Origin: an uncultured Chloroflexia bacterium
GTDB lineage: Bacteria > Chloroflexota > Limnocylindria > QHBO01
Reading direction: 5' to 3'
Assembly (NCBI GenBank): GCA_963827475.1
Contig: CAWHAZ010000005.1
Coordinates: 384,001 to 448,000 of the forward strand
DNA length: 64,000 nucleotides
In this document: positions 11,217 to 23,036 of the stretch, piece by piece
Layout of the letters: each line of letters begins with the position of its first letter
Position numbering within the stretch: position 1 is the first letter of the stretch
Made by a program: the position numbers and the translations under genes
Notes under the pieces: generated by a model
The model's input: only the letters and a program-made list of their open reading frames with translations
Databases searched by the model: none
Told to the model about the DNA's origin: nothing

Positions 11217-11795
11217 ATGCGGATCTACGAGGGGAGCCCGCGACAGGACTGGGAAGAGGTCCTGCGCAGCATCGGCGCATGGGCGGACCGCGAGGTCCTC
11301 AAGGAGCTCCTCTTCCTCGAGCTCGACGGCGGCTTCCTGGTCCAGGGCATCCATGAGTCCATGGGCGGGCAATGGTCGGAGACGGGCACGTTCGCGAAGC
11401 AGACCCACGAGCTGACCGATGACCAGGTCGGCGACCTGATGGGCGAGGCGAAGGAGAACCGCGACTCGGCCACCGAGGATCACGCCGAGGTCGGCATCGC
11501 CAACTTCTACGAGCAGGCGCTCCGGATCATCGGCAAATGGCTCGACGGCGTGCAACCCCGCGACGTCTTCTTCTTCGAGCAGGGTGGGTCGTTCGTGGTC
11601 CGCGCGTTCGTCGTCGGCGCCCACGGCAAGGTCGGCCACCAGCTGTCCGAATTCACCCGGGACGAAATCGTGGCTATGATCGAGTCCGCACCGTCCGATC
11701 GCGGCCATGCGGCCGCGCCGGCGCCACCAGCTACCGAAGCGACAGCTCCGGCCAGTGAGGTGCCCGCGGCGGGCGGAACGGAGACCGAGACATGA
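11217..11795 (+). CDS. Hypothetical protein made of two tandem homologous domains
   Basis: Good codon usage and an RBS; WEEVLRSIGAWAD is repeated as YEQALRIIGKWLD. Confidence 0.7.
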   Translation: MRIYEGSPRQDWEEVLRSIGAWADREVLKELLFLELDGGFLVQGIHESMGGQWSETGTFAKQTHELTDDQVGDLMGEAKENRDSATEDHAEVGIANFYEQALRIIGKWLDGVQPRDVFFFEQGGSFVVRAFVVGAHGKVGHQLSEFTRDEIVAMIESAPSDRGHAAAPAPPATEATAPASEVPAAGGTETET

Positions 11796-11944
11796 ACGTG
11801 ATCAAGAACATCGCCATCGCCATCGGGGCCATCCTGGCCGCGCTGATCATCGTCCCCCTCACGGTCCTGGCGGGCCTGTTCGTCTGGCTCAAGCTGACCG
11901 AGGAGGTCGATGACGAGCCCTGGGAGATCGACGACGCGATCTGA
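11792..11944 (+). CDS. Small single-TM protein with acidic tail (50 aa), not in the ORF track
   Basis: MNVIKNIAIAIGAILAALIIVPLTVLAGLFVWLKLTEEVDDEPWEIDDAI; ATGA overlap with the upstream gene. Confidence 0.6.
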   Translation: MNVIKNIAIAIGAILAALIIVPLTVLAGLFVWLKLTEEVDDEPWEIDDAI

Positions 11945-11968
11945 CCCGGTGCGGCTCGGGTCCCTGAC

Positions 11969-12803
11969 CTAACCAGCCGGCCCGGAGGCCAGTCCCCAGG
12001 CGATCGTCCACAGCACCGCCGCGGCGAGCATCCCCTGCCACAGCCGGTGCGGGTCGGTCGCGCCCCGCAGGATCGCCACCAGCCCCAAAACGCCCAGCGC
12101 GAGCGGAGCCGCGGTGAGCTGGCCCCCGAGCAGGAAGCTGATCCCCACCCCGACGGCGACGCCGACGGCAAGCACCAGCGCGACCCGCTGACGCGGCCTG
12201 CCGTCCGAGGACCTGCGCCAGGCATCGGGACCCGACGGCCGCGTCGGCGTCGAAGTCGCGCAGGGTGTTGGCCAGGTGGGCCGCGGCCGCGAAGGGCGCC
12301 ACCAGCAGGACGGCGGGCGCGACGCGAGCGAGGGGCACGTCGACGCCGCTCGCAATCCACAGCGGCAGCAAGCCGAAGCTGATCATGTACGGCACCACGG
12401 ACAGCGGCGTCCGCGACAGCCACAGGTTGTAGACGAACGCCGAGCCGGTGGCCGCCGCGCCGATCACCAGTGACGCCGTCCCGAGCCGCCCGCTGGCGAC
12501 CAGCTGCACCGCCAGTCCGGCGGCCGCGATCCACAGCGCCATGGACGCCGACAGGTCACCGGCGGGCAGCGGCTTGTCCGCTCGAAGGCTGGCATCCCGC
12601 GCCTGGTCAGCCAGGTCGTTGATCGCGCCGGTGAACACCTGCGAGCCCCCGACCGCGGCCGTGGTGAGGGCCACCGCCGCGAGATCGATCGGCCCGCCAC
12701 CTTCGCGGGCGAGGATGAACGCCAGCGCCGCGCTGAGCGCGGTGACCGCGAGGGCAGGCGCCGGGTGCACGACCCTGATCGCGCCCAGCACCGTGGTCCG
12801 CAT
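11969..12803 (-). CDS. UbiA-family prenyltransferase (frameshift near 12200)
   Basis: NDLADQARD..RADKPLPAG and NTLRDFDAD Asp-rich motifs; multi-TM. Confidence 0.8.
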
Positions 12804-12876
12804 CCCGGCATCGTAGCGGCGTCCGCCGGTGATCGGTCTGGCCCCAATCGAGTACCATCAGGACCCGGGTGGGTGA

Positions 12877-14697
<1,821 letters not shown>

Positions 14698-14704
14698 CCG
14701 CACC

Positions 14705-16300
14705 GTGACCCGGACCGCTCCCCGTCGGGCGGCGCCCCGGCGTCGCTCGTCCGGCGCCTTCGACCAGGCCGCCTACGAGCGCGAGGTCGAGACGTTTGCC
14801 GGCGAGCGGGGTGAGGCCGAGTACGCGAACCTGGCCGGCCTGCGGGCCGAGCTGGACCTCGCGTCCGTCTACCAGCGCCATGCCGGCCTCTTCTCGCCTG
14901 CCGCGATCGACGGTCTGCGCCAGGCCGCGGCCGGAACCGGCCCCGCGGCGGGCCGAGCCCAGCGGCTGCTGGGGTTCGCCGTCGCCGGCCACCTCGAGCA
15001 GGCGGCCGCCCCCCTCACCGACCGCATCGCCGCGGCCGAGTCCACGGCCGTCGTCGTCTGGCGCCGCGAACGGATCGGCTATCGCCGCGCCTCGATCCGG
15101 ATCGCCGAGATCAGCGACCGCACCGAACGGAACGCGCTCGACGAGCGCTACCGCCTGGCGATAGAGGCCATCAACCCGCTGCGCGAGGAGCGCTGGCTGA
15201 TCCTCCACGGCCAGGCCCGGACGCTCGGCGCGGCCGACTACGTCGCCCTTATGGCCGAGACGTCGGGGCTGGACCCGGAGGCCCTGGCCGCCGGGGCGTC
15301 CGCCTTCCTCACCGAATCGGAGACGCTGTACTACGCCGCCCTCCGCCGATACCTCGCCCTGATCGAGATCGAGGGCGGCGACGCGACCAAGGCCGACCTG
15401 TCGCACCTCCTGCGCGGCCGGAGCTGGGACCACTACTTCGACTCGGCCCGGCTGACCGAGGTCCTGGCCCGGACGTTGACCGGCCTGGGCATCGAGCTCG
15501 CGGCTCAGGACGGCATCACCCTCGACTTCGAGCCGCGACCCGCAAAGTCGCCTCGCGCGTTCTGCGTGCCGGTTCGCGTCCCGGGCGACGTCCGCCTCAT
15601 CGTCCAGCCCCGCGGCGGCCACGACGACTTCGGCAGCGCCCTTCACGAGATGGGCCACCTCCAGCATTTCGCGCATATCTCGGCGCGGCTGGATCCCGCG
15701 GACCGCTACGTCGGCGACGAGAGCGTCACCGAGGGTTGGGCGTTCCTGTTCCAGTACCTGCTCGCCGAGCCGGAGTTTCTGGCCGTCGAGCTGCGGATGC
15801 CGGCCGACGCCATCCCGGGCTGGCTCGATTTCAGCGCGTTCCGCAAGCTCTACTTCCTGCGCCGCTACGCGGCGAAGCTCCTGTACGAGCTGCGCCTCCA
15901 CCGCGGTGGGGAGACCGCCGTGCACCGTGCGGAGTACGCCGGGTTGCTCGGCCTGCTGACCGGGGTCAGGACGCCGGACGCGGGCTACCTGGCCGATGTC
16001 GACGACGGCCTGTATGCGGCCCGCTACCTGCGGGCGTGGCAGGCGGAGGCCAGCCTGTCGACCGGGCTTCGCGACCGCTTCGGCGCCGCGTGGTGGCGCT
16101 CACCGCAGGCCGGGGCGTTTCTGCGCGAGCTGTGGTCGGCTGGACTGGGACCATCTGCCGAGGACGTGGTTGCCTCGCTCGGGTATGATCACCTCGATTG
16201 GCGGCCGGTCCTGCGCCAGATCCGCGCGCAGCTGATCGGTGCAATGAGTGGTTACGGCGGGCCGAACATTACGACCCGTGCCGGAAGCCGCAAGGTCTGA
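14705..16300 (+). CDS. Gluzincin (M3/M32-like) metallopeptidase-like protein
   Basis: KSPRAFC, HEMGH (HExxH) and a downstream TEG third-ligand motif. Confidence 0.65.
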   Translation: MTRTAPRRAAPRRRSSGAFDQAAYEREVETFAGERGEAEYANLAGLRAELDLASVYQRHAGLFSPAAIDGLRQAAAGTGPAAGRAQRLLGFAVAGHLEQAAAPLTDRIAAAESTAVVVWRRERIGYRRASIRIAEISDRTERNALDERYRLAIEAINPLREERWLILHGQARTLGAADYVALMAETSGLDPEALAAGASAFLTESETLYYAALRRYLALIEIEGGDATKADLSHLLRGRSWDHYFDSARLTEVLARTLTGLGIELAAQDGITLDFEPRPAKSPRAFCVPVRVPGDVRLIVQPRGGHDDFGSALHEMGHLQHFAHISARLDPADRYVGDESVTEGWAFLFQYLLAEPEFLAVELRMPADAIPGWLDFSAFRKLYFLRRYAAKLLYELRLHRGGETAVHRAEYAGLLGLLTGVRTPDAGYLADVDDGLYAARYLRAWQAEASLSTGLRDRFGAAWWRSPQAGAFLRELWSAGLGPSAEDVVASLGYDHLDWRPVLRQIRAQLIGAMSGYGGPNITTRAGSRKV

Positions 16301-16390
16301 CCGGACGCCGACAGTCACCCCACCCGGAGCCTCACGTGGCCATGTGGCCCACATCGCGCTCCGCTTTCCCTTGACGGAGATGTCTCCCCC

Positions 16391-17854
16391 ATGAATGACG
16401 AACCTCGCCAGCCGCGACGCGGACGACCGCGACGCCGGCCCGATGGCGGCGGCTCCCGCCAACGGCACGGCGGCGGAGCCCGCGGCAACTTCCAGCGCCG
16501 CCGGGATTACGGGCCCGGGTATGCATCGGTCTATGCCGGTCCGTACCCGCAGGCGCACGACGAGCCGGCGCTGACCCTGGCTGAGCTCCAGGAGAAGTCG
16601 ATCGACGAGCTGCGCGAGCTGGCGACCGAGTACGGCATCGAGGCCGACGGCCTCGAGCACTCGGATCTCGTCCTCAAGCTGCTGGACGCGGTCCCCCTGG
16701 CCCAGGGCAGTCGCCGCGAGGAGATCGTGCCGGGCGAGGTGGCGGGCATCCTGGAGATCGTCGACGAGGGCTTCGCGTTCCTCCGCGTCGACGGCGTCAT
16801 GCCCTCGCAGGACGACATCTACGTCTCGTCCAGCATCGTCCGTCGCTTTGGGCTGCGCACCGGCGATCGGATTGTCGGCCAGAGCCGCGCCCCGAAGGAC
16901 CAGGAGAAGTACTGGGGCCTGGCCCGAGTCGACATGGTCAACGGGATCGATCCCGAGCTCGCCCGCCGCCGCCCGCACTTCGACTCGCTGGTGCCGGTCT
17001 TCCCCGACGAAATGTTCGACCTGGAGGTCGATCCCAAGAACCTCACCCAGCGCCTCATCAACCTGATCGCCCCCATCGGCAAGGGGCAGCGTGGCCTCAT
17101 CCTGTCGCCGGCCAAGGCCGGCAAGACCACCGTCCTGAAGAACATCGCGCACGGCATCACCGAGAACCACGCGGACGCGCTGCTCATGGTCGCGCTCATC
17201 GGCGAGCGGCCCGAGGAAGTCACCGACATGCAGCGCTCGGTGCAGGGCGAGATCTACGCCTCCACCTTCGACGAGCCGACCGAGAACCACACCCGGGTCG
17301 CGGAAATGACCCTGGAGATCGCCAAGCGGCAGGTCGAGACCGGGCGCGACGTCGTCATCCTGCTCGACTCCATCACCCGCCTGGCACGGGCCTACAACCT
17401 GGCCCTGCCGGCATCGGGCAAGACCCTGTCCGGTGGCGTGGATCCCGCGGCCCTGTACCCGCCCAAGCGCTTCTTCGGCGCCGCGCGGAACATCGAGGGC
17501 GGCGGCAGCCTGACCGTCATCGCGACCTGCCTGGTCGACACCGGCTCGCGGATGGATGACGTCATCTACGAGGAGTTCAAGGGCACCGGCAACATGGAGC
17601 TCCTCCTCGACCGCAAGCTGTCCGAGAAGCGCATCTTCCCGGCCCTCGACGTCCTCCGTTCGGGGACCCGGCGCGAGGAGCTGCTGCTCGACGACAACAC
17701 GCTGAAGATGGTGTGGACCATGCGCCGCATGCTCAGCGCCCTCGGACCGAACGAGGGGATCGAGCTGCTCATGCAGCGGCTGGGCAAGACCAAGGACAAC
17801 GCCGAGTTCCTCGTCCAGCTGTCGAAGAGCGTCGAGGCATCCGAGGGCAGATGA
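16391..17854 (+). CDS. rho: Transcription termination factor Rho
   Basis: [44 protein letters not shown]; Arg/Gly-rich N-terminal extension. Confidence 0.97.
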   Translation: MNDEPRQPRRGRPRRRPDGGGSRQRHGGGARGNFQRRRDYGPGYASVYAGPYPQAHDEPALTLAELQEKSIDELRELATEYGIEADGLEHSDLVLKLLDAVPLAQGSRREEIVPGEVAGILEIVDEGFAFLRVDGVMPSQDDIYVSSSIVRRFGLRTGDRIVGQSRAPKDQEKYWGLARVDMVNGIDPELARRRPHFDSLVPVFPDEMFDLEVDPKNLTQRLINLIAPIGKGQRGLILSPAKAGKTTVLKNIAHGITENHADALLMVALIGERPEEVTDMQRSVQGEIYASTFDEPTENHTRVAEMTLEIAKRQVETGRDVVILLDSITRLARAYNLALPASGKTLSGGVDPAALYPPKRFFGAARNIEGGGSLTVIATCLVDTGSRMDDVIYEEFKGTGNMELLLDRKLSEKRIFPALDVLRSGTRREELLLDDNTLKMVWTMRRMLSALGPNEGIELLMQRLGKTKDNAEFLVQLSKSVEASEGR

Positions 17855-19239
17855 AGCCGATGAGGCCGCGTCGCGGCCTCCGTCGGACCGATCCGTCGCC
17901 CGCTCCCCTGGTCACCGGCCTCGTCCTGTCCCTGGCGTTGGCCGCCTGCGCCTCGGGCTCGGGCAGCCCGGTGGTCTCGGCCGATCCGTCGTCCTCCGCA
18001 CCGGCCTCGGCCGGCGGGAGCGCCGGCATCGGTCAGGTCGTACCCGCCCCCGGCTCGGACAGCCGGATCTTTGGTCCGAACCCGGGCGCGATCGTGGTCG
18101 GCATCGATCCGGGGCACGGTGGCTGCCTGGACTGGGGCGTGCCGAATCCGTACGACAACACCGTGGAGCGGTCGGAGAAGGCGCTGACCCTGGCCATATC
18201 GCTCGCCCTCCGCGAGCGGCTCGAGGCCGAGGGAGTGACCGTGGTCATGACCCGCGACACCGACGTGGCCCTCGCCGGGGACCTCTACCCCGATCTCGGC
18301 TGCCACGGCGACCCCTTCCGTGACGTGAACGGCGACGGGCTTGCCGGCTTCGGCCCCGACCTGCCGGAGGCGACCCGCACACGGGACGAGCTGTCCGCCC
18401 ACATCGACCTGCTCAACCTCGCCCGCGCCGACGTCCTGCTCAGCGTCCACATCAACTCGTTCACCGAGAACGGGGTCGTGATCGAGGTCGCCGGGACGGA
18501 GACCTACTGGACCGATGAGACGCCGTGGGGCGTCCCGCACTCGGAACGGCTGGCGACCGAGGTCCAGGCCGAGGTCGTGGCCGCGCTCGATGGGCTGGCG
18601 TCCTACGAGCGCCAGGACCGCGGCACCGACGCCGTGAACTACTACGTCATCGCCCCGCCGACGACGAGCGGCGACCCGGCCGAGCCCCGCCGCGGAAGCC
18701 TGATGCCCGGCGTGCTGGCCGAGGTCGGATCCATGTCGCTGGCCGCCGAGGCGGACCTGCTGGCGACCGCCGAGGGCCAGGAGGCGATCGCCGACGCCCT
18801 GCTCGAGGCGCTGGTCGCCTGGTTCGATGGCCGCGGGCACGCGGCACGGTTCGACCTGGAGGTCCCCGGCGGCGCGGCGGGCCGCGTCCCGGAGGTCGTC
18901 CCCGGCACCGGCCCGCCGTTCTGGGCCGTGGCCGTCGATGATCCGGCGGGACTCCGGTTGCGGCTCACGAACACCGGTCCGACGACGTGGCCGGCCGACG
19001 TCTCGCTCCTGCTCGGCTGGTCGTCGTCCGCCGACCCCTACCTGGCCCGCCCGCCGGAGCTCGACCCGCTGCCGGCGGACGTGCCCCCGTTGGCGCCCGG
19101 TGAATCGGTGGTCCTCGTCCTCGACGTACCTTCGCCGCCCGCCGCCGACCGGTCCGTGGCCTGGCTCACGCTGGAAATCGACGGGATGGTGCTCGCCGAC
19201 ACCGGCAATCCCGCGCTTCAATTCGCCTCGGAACGCTAG
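17851..19239 (+). CDS. N-acetylmuramoyl-L-alanine amidase (Amidase_3) lipoprotein with a C-terminal Ig-like domain
   Basis: LAAC lipobox, IDPGHGG, SEKALTL, VMTR, SVHIN, PGVLAEVG. Confidence 0.8.
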   Translation: MKPMRPRRGLRRTDPSPAPLVTGLVLSLALAACASGSGSPVVSADPSSSAPASAGGSAGIGQVVPAPGSDSRIFGPNPGAIVVGIDPGHGGCLDWGVPNPYDNTVERSEKALTLAISLALRERLEAEGVTVVMTRDTDVALAGDLYPDLGCHGDPFRDVNGDGLAGFGPDLPEATRTRDELSAHIDLLNLARADVLLSVHINSFTENGVVIEVAGTETYWTDETPWGVPHSERLATEVQAEVVAALDGLASYERQDRGTDAVNYYVIAPPTTSGDPAEPRRGSLMPGVLAEVGSMSLAAEADLLATAEGQEAIADALLEALVAWFDGRGHAARFDLEVPGGAAGRVPEVVPGTGPPFWAVAVDDPAGLRLRLTNTGPTTWPADVSLLLGWSSSADPYLARPPELDPLPADVPPLAPGESVVLVLDVPSPPAADRSVAWLTLEIDGMVLADTGNPALQFASER

Positions 19240-19376
19240 ATTGGTTGACCTGCCTTTGACGGCCTTGCTAGGATCGCCCCGCACGACGCCAACCGTGCCC
19301 CTGCTGCGGTCCTCGACCGGATCGCCCCCCGGCGTCGAGTTCGTTCGCGAAGAACACGCCCAGGAGCCAGCGCATA

Positions 19377-20162
19377 TTGGTTGACTCGTCCCGGCCGGTG
19401 CGCCGCCGTCGTCGTAGCCATGGCACAGCCGCCCGCGGCTTGGCCCACCTCGCGGTCGTTGCGCTGGTGGCGGGCAGCGTCAGCCTTGGCGTGCTGGCGG
19501 CGCAGGGCCTCATCGGTCTGGACAGCACGGCCATCCGTGTCGTGGCTCCTGCGCTGGGTGCGGTCTCCGAGCGGGCCGCTGCCGCCGAAGACCAGGCGGT
19601 GACGATCGAGATCGAGCCCGAGGTCGCGGCCGAGGCGGAGTCCGAGGTCGAGGCCGAGGTCATGATCGAGGAGCGGGCCACCGCGACCCCGCCGCCCGAG
19701 GTCCCCCTCGCCATCATCCTGCCCCCGCCCCCGCCACCGGTCCGCACCGGGTCGGTCGGACCTTCGCTTCCGTTTGCCGGCCCGACCGGCTACGTGGACG
19801 GCGACGGCTCGCTGACGTGGCCGGTGCCCGGCGGATACGTCTCGCAATACTTCTGGGGCGGGCACCGGGGCCTGGACATCGCCCACGCCGCGGGCGGGCC
19901 CGTGGTGGCTGCCGACACCGGCACCGTCGTCTCGGCCGGGTGGGTCAACAACGGCGGCGGTTGGGTGATCACCATCCAGCATGCCGATGGGCGCACCACC
20001 GCGTACAACCACCTCGGCGCGATCCTGGTGGGCAACGGCCAGGGCGTCACCCGCGGGCAGCAGATCGCGACGGTCGGCTGCAGCGGCTGGTGCACCGGGC
20101 CGCACGTCCACTTCGTGGTGATCGTCAACGGCGTCATCGTCAACCCGCTGCGCTTCCTGTAA
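19377..20162 (+). CDS. M23 family metallopeptidase
   Basis: HRGLDIA, YNHL, CTGPHVHF; N-terminal TM; TTGACC..TAGGAT promoter upstream. Confidence 0.88.
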   Translation: MVDSSRPVRRRRRSHGTAARGLAHLAVVALVAGSVSLGVLAAQGLIGLDSTAIRVVAPALGAVSERAAAAEDQAVTIEIEPEVAAEAESEVEAEVMIEERATATPPPEVPLAIILPPPPPPVRTGSVGPSLPFAGPTGYVDGDGSLTWPVPGGYVSQYFWGGHRGLDIAHAAGGPVVAADTGTVVSAGWVNNGGGWVITIQHADGRTTAYNHLGAILVGNGQGVTRGQQIATVGCSGWCTGPHVHFVVIVNGVIVNPLRFL

Positions 20163-20189
20163 CCAGCCGCTCCGTATCATCGGAGCACG

Positions 20190-21479
20190 ATGTTCGCGGA
20201 CCGCGTCCGAATCCACGTGACCGCCGGCGCCGGCGGCGACGGCTCGCCGTCCATGCGCCGCGAGGCTCACGTGCCGCGTGGCGGCCCTGACGGCGGCGAC
20301 GGCGGTCGGGGCGGGTCGGTCATCCTCCTCGCCGAGGCCGGCCTCACGTCCCTCGGTGCGTATCGCCACTCCCCGCACGTGAAGGGCACGTCCGGCGGTC
20401 GGGGCGCGCGGCGACGGGCGCACGGGCGCGACGGGACCGACGCGGTCGTGGTCGTCCCCCCGGGAACGGTGGCCCGTCGGCATCCCGAGGGGGAGCTGCT
20501 GGGCGAGGTCCTCGCTCCCGGCGACCGCCTGGTCCTCGCCCGGGGCGGCCGTGGGGGGCGCGGCAACGTCCACTTCGTGTCGTCCACGCACCAGGCGCCC
20601 CGCCACTACGAGCGCGGTGATCCGGGCGAGGAGGGGTGGATCGAGCTCGAGCTGAAGCTCATCGCCGAGGTCGGGTTCGTCGGGGCGCCGAATGCCGGCA
20701 AGTCGACCCTGCTGGCGGCGCTGACCGCAGCCCGGCCCGAGGTGGGGCCCTATCCGTTCACCACCACCACGCCCAACCTCGGCGTCATCGACCTCGGCGA
20801 CGAGGACGCGGGCGAGCGCACCGCGGTCATCGCTGACGTGCCCGGCCTGGTCGAGGGAGCGCACCGCGGGCAGGGGCTCGGGCACGAGTTCCTGCGCCAC
20901 GTCGAGCGCTGCCGCGTCCTCCTCGGCGTCGTGGACGGCGCCGCCGACGATCCGGTCGGTGAATGGCGAGCGGTGGCCGAGGAGCTCCGGCTCCACGACC
21001 CCGCCCTGCTCGCCCGCCCGCTGCGGGTGGTCGTCACCAAGCAGGATCTGCCCGAGGCGCGGCAGCAGTGGTCGGAGGCCGAGGCCGCCCTGCGCGGAAA
21101 CGGTCTGCAGCCGATCGCGGTGTCCGCCCACGACGGCACCGGGCTCGAGGAGCTGCGTGCCGCCCTGGCCGATGCGCTCGCCGAAGCAGACCGCCGCGCG
21201 CCGACCGACGCCCCACCGCCCGCCCGACGGCTGCACCGCTTCGATCCTGCGACCGAGGGCTGGGAGGTGGTGGCCGAAGCCGACGGCCTCCGCGTCCGCG
21301 GCACCGCCATCGAGCGATCGGCGGCCCGCACCGACTTCACCAACGCCGAGTCCCGGGATCGGTTCCAGCGTCGCCTGGAACGGATGGGTGTCGACGCCGA
21401 GCTCCGCCGCCAGGGGGCGAGGGACGGCACGACCGTGCACATCGGTCCCCTCGAGCTCGAATGGGGTGACGAGGAGTGA
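20190..21479 (+). CDS. obgE: GTPase ObgE/CgtA
   Basis: GGPDGGDGGRGG, PNAGKST, YPFTT, DVPGL, C-terminal OCT domain. Confidence 0.96.
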   Translation: MFADRVRIHVTAGAGGDGSPSMRREAHVPRGGPDGGDGGRGGSVILLAEAGLTSLGAYRHSPHVKGTSGGRGARRRAHGRDGTDAVVVVPPGTVARRHPEGELLGEVLAPGDRLVLARGGRGGRGNVHFVSSTHQAPRHYERGDPGEEGWIELELKLIAEVGFVGAPNAGKSTLLAALTAARPEVGPYPFTTTTPNLGVIDLGDEDAGERTAVIADVPGLVEGAHRGQGLGHEFLRHVERCRVLLGVVDGAADDPVGEWRAVAEELRLHDPALLARPLRVVVTKQDLPEARQQWSEAEAALRGNGLQPIAVSAHDGTGLEELRAALADALAEADRRAPTDAPPPARRLHRFDPATEGWEVVAEADGLRVRGTAIERSAARTDFTNAESRDRFQRRLERMGVDAELRRQGARDGTTVHIGPLELEWGDEE

Positions 21480-22168
21480 GCACCAGCCCGCCAAAGACCC
21501 GCGCTCGCAGCCGGCTGGTGCCCGTGCGGCAGCCGGAGCCATCCACCCGAACCGAGCCCGCTCGCCGCGAGCGGCTCGGGGTCCTCGGCGGGACCTTCGA
21601 CCCGCCGCATCTCGGCCACCTCTGGCTGGCCACGACCGCCGCCGACGAGATGGACCTGTCCAAGGTGCTTCTCGTGCCGGCCGCCAATCCACCCCACAAG
21701 CGGCGCCGGGCGATCAGCCATGCGGCGGATCGCGTGCTCATGACCCGGCTGGCGGTGGCCAACGACCCCCGTCTCGACGTCTCCCTCGTCGAGCTGGAGC
21801 GGGACGGGCCGTCCTACACGGTCGACACCCTGGACGAGCTCGGCCGGCGCCACCCCGATGTCGACCTCGTGCTGATCATGGCCGCCGACAGCCTGGCCCA
21901 GGTCGAGACCTGGCGCGAGCCCGACCGCCTCCTCGAGCTCGCGATCTGGGCAGTCGGTCCGCGGCCCGGCATCACGCTCCCGACCCGGGCCGAGCTGACG
22001 GCACGGTGGGGGAAGGCCGCCTCCCGCATCCACCTCCTCGGCGGTCCGGCGCTGGACATCAGCGCCAGCCACATCCGCCGCCGCGTGGCGGCCGAACGCG
22101 CCATCCGCTACCTTGTGCCCCGAGCGGTCGAAGAGCTCATCGTCGACCGCCGTCTGTACCGTCGCTGA
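21476..22168 (+). CDS. nadD: Nicotinate-nucleotide adenylyltransferase
   Basis: GGTFDPPHLGH, PPHK, SYTVDTL, ISASHIR. Confidence 0.95.
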   Translation: MSTSPPKTRARSRLVPVRQPEPSTRTEPARRERLGVLGGTFDPPHLGHLWLATTAADEMDLSKVLLVPAANPPHKRRRAISHAADRVLMTRLAVANDPRLDVSLVELERDGPSYTVDTLDELGRRHPDVDLVLIMAADSLAQVETWREPDRLLELAIWAVGPRPGITLPTRAELTARWGKAASRIHLLGGPALDISASHIRRRVAAERAIRYLVPRAVEELIVDRRLYRR

Positions 22169-22222
22169 CCTGTCGTTGACCCCAGGGCCCGGAGGACCAT
22201 CCTGCAGGAACCGACCCCGAAC

Positions 22223-22588
22223 GTGACCCCGCTCCACGCCGAGCTGGACCCCACCGAGCTCGCCCATCGGATCGTGGAGATCGTGTCCGACCACAAGGGC
22301 AGCGACGTGGTGATGCTGAAGACCGGGGAGCTGACATCCCTGGCCGACTACTTCGTGATCGCGACCGGCCGCTCGGACCGCCAGGTGTCGGCCCTCGCCG
22401 GCGCGCTGGTGGAGGAGCTCCGCGCTCAGGGTGTCCGACCGCTCGGGGTCGAGGGCCGCTCGGGCGCCCGATGGGTGCTCCTCGACTTCAACGACGTGAT
22501 CGTCCACCTGTTCACCCCCGACGAGCGGGAGCGCTACGACCTCGAGCGGCTGTGGAGCGCCGCTCCCGCGGTGGTTCGCCTGGTCTGA
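22223..22588 (+). CDS. rsfS: Ribosome silencing factor
   Basis: ADYFVIATG, WVLLDFNDVIVHLF, RERYDLERLW; follows nadD. Confidence 0.93.
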   Translation: MTPLHAELDPTELAHRIVEIVSDHKGSDVVMLKTGELTSLADYFVIATGRSDRQVSALAGALVEELRAQGVRPLGVEGRSGARWVLLDFNDVIVHLFTPDERERYDLERLWSAAPAVVRLV

Positions 22589-22770
22589 CCGCCGCCCCGG
22601 CCCGACCCCCGCGCTCCGCCGGCCATCGGTACCCCCGAGGTACCACCCCAGGGACCCTCGTGGAGCGTGGACGCACCACCTGCTGACGTCCATTCGCCCA
22701 CGGGCCGGTACCAGCCCCGGGTACGGGGGTCCTATTGAGGGAGGCCCATGGCGACCGCATTGTCGGCGCC

Positions 22771-23034
22771 ATGAGCACGACTCGGAAGCGCGACGTCCCC
22801 GCGGTCGAATCCTGCCGCTATTGCGGTGGCGGGCTCCTGACCTCGGTCTTCGACACGTCCTTCCGCGACGAGAGCATCGAGGAGCGGCTGTTCTTCGCCC
22901 TCCCCGGCGCCCTCTGCCTGCCGTGCAAGCAGCTGTACATCGACCACCAGCTGATCGGCATCCTCGGCCTCTCGAACGCGCGCTGCACCTTCGCGATCGA
23001 GAGCGACCGCGTCCTGCGCGCCGGCGCCGCCTGA
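22771..23034 (+). CDS. Small zinc-ribbon protein
   Basis: CRYC...CLPC pairs; the start may be further upstream (22735). Confidence 0.6.
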   Translation: MSTTRKRDVPAVESCRYCGGGLLTSVFDTSFRDESIEERLFFALPGALCLPCKQLYIDHQLIGILGLSNARCTFAIESDRVLRAGAA

Positions 23035-23036
23035 TC

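Noticed and set aside
19240-19376. c-di-AMP (ydaO) riboswitch ahead of the M23 peptidase
   Set aside because: A promoter and a modest hairpin are present, but none of the ydaO consensus blocks.
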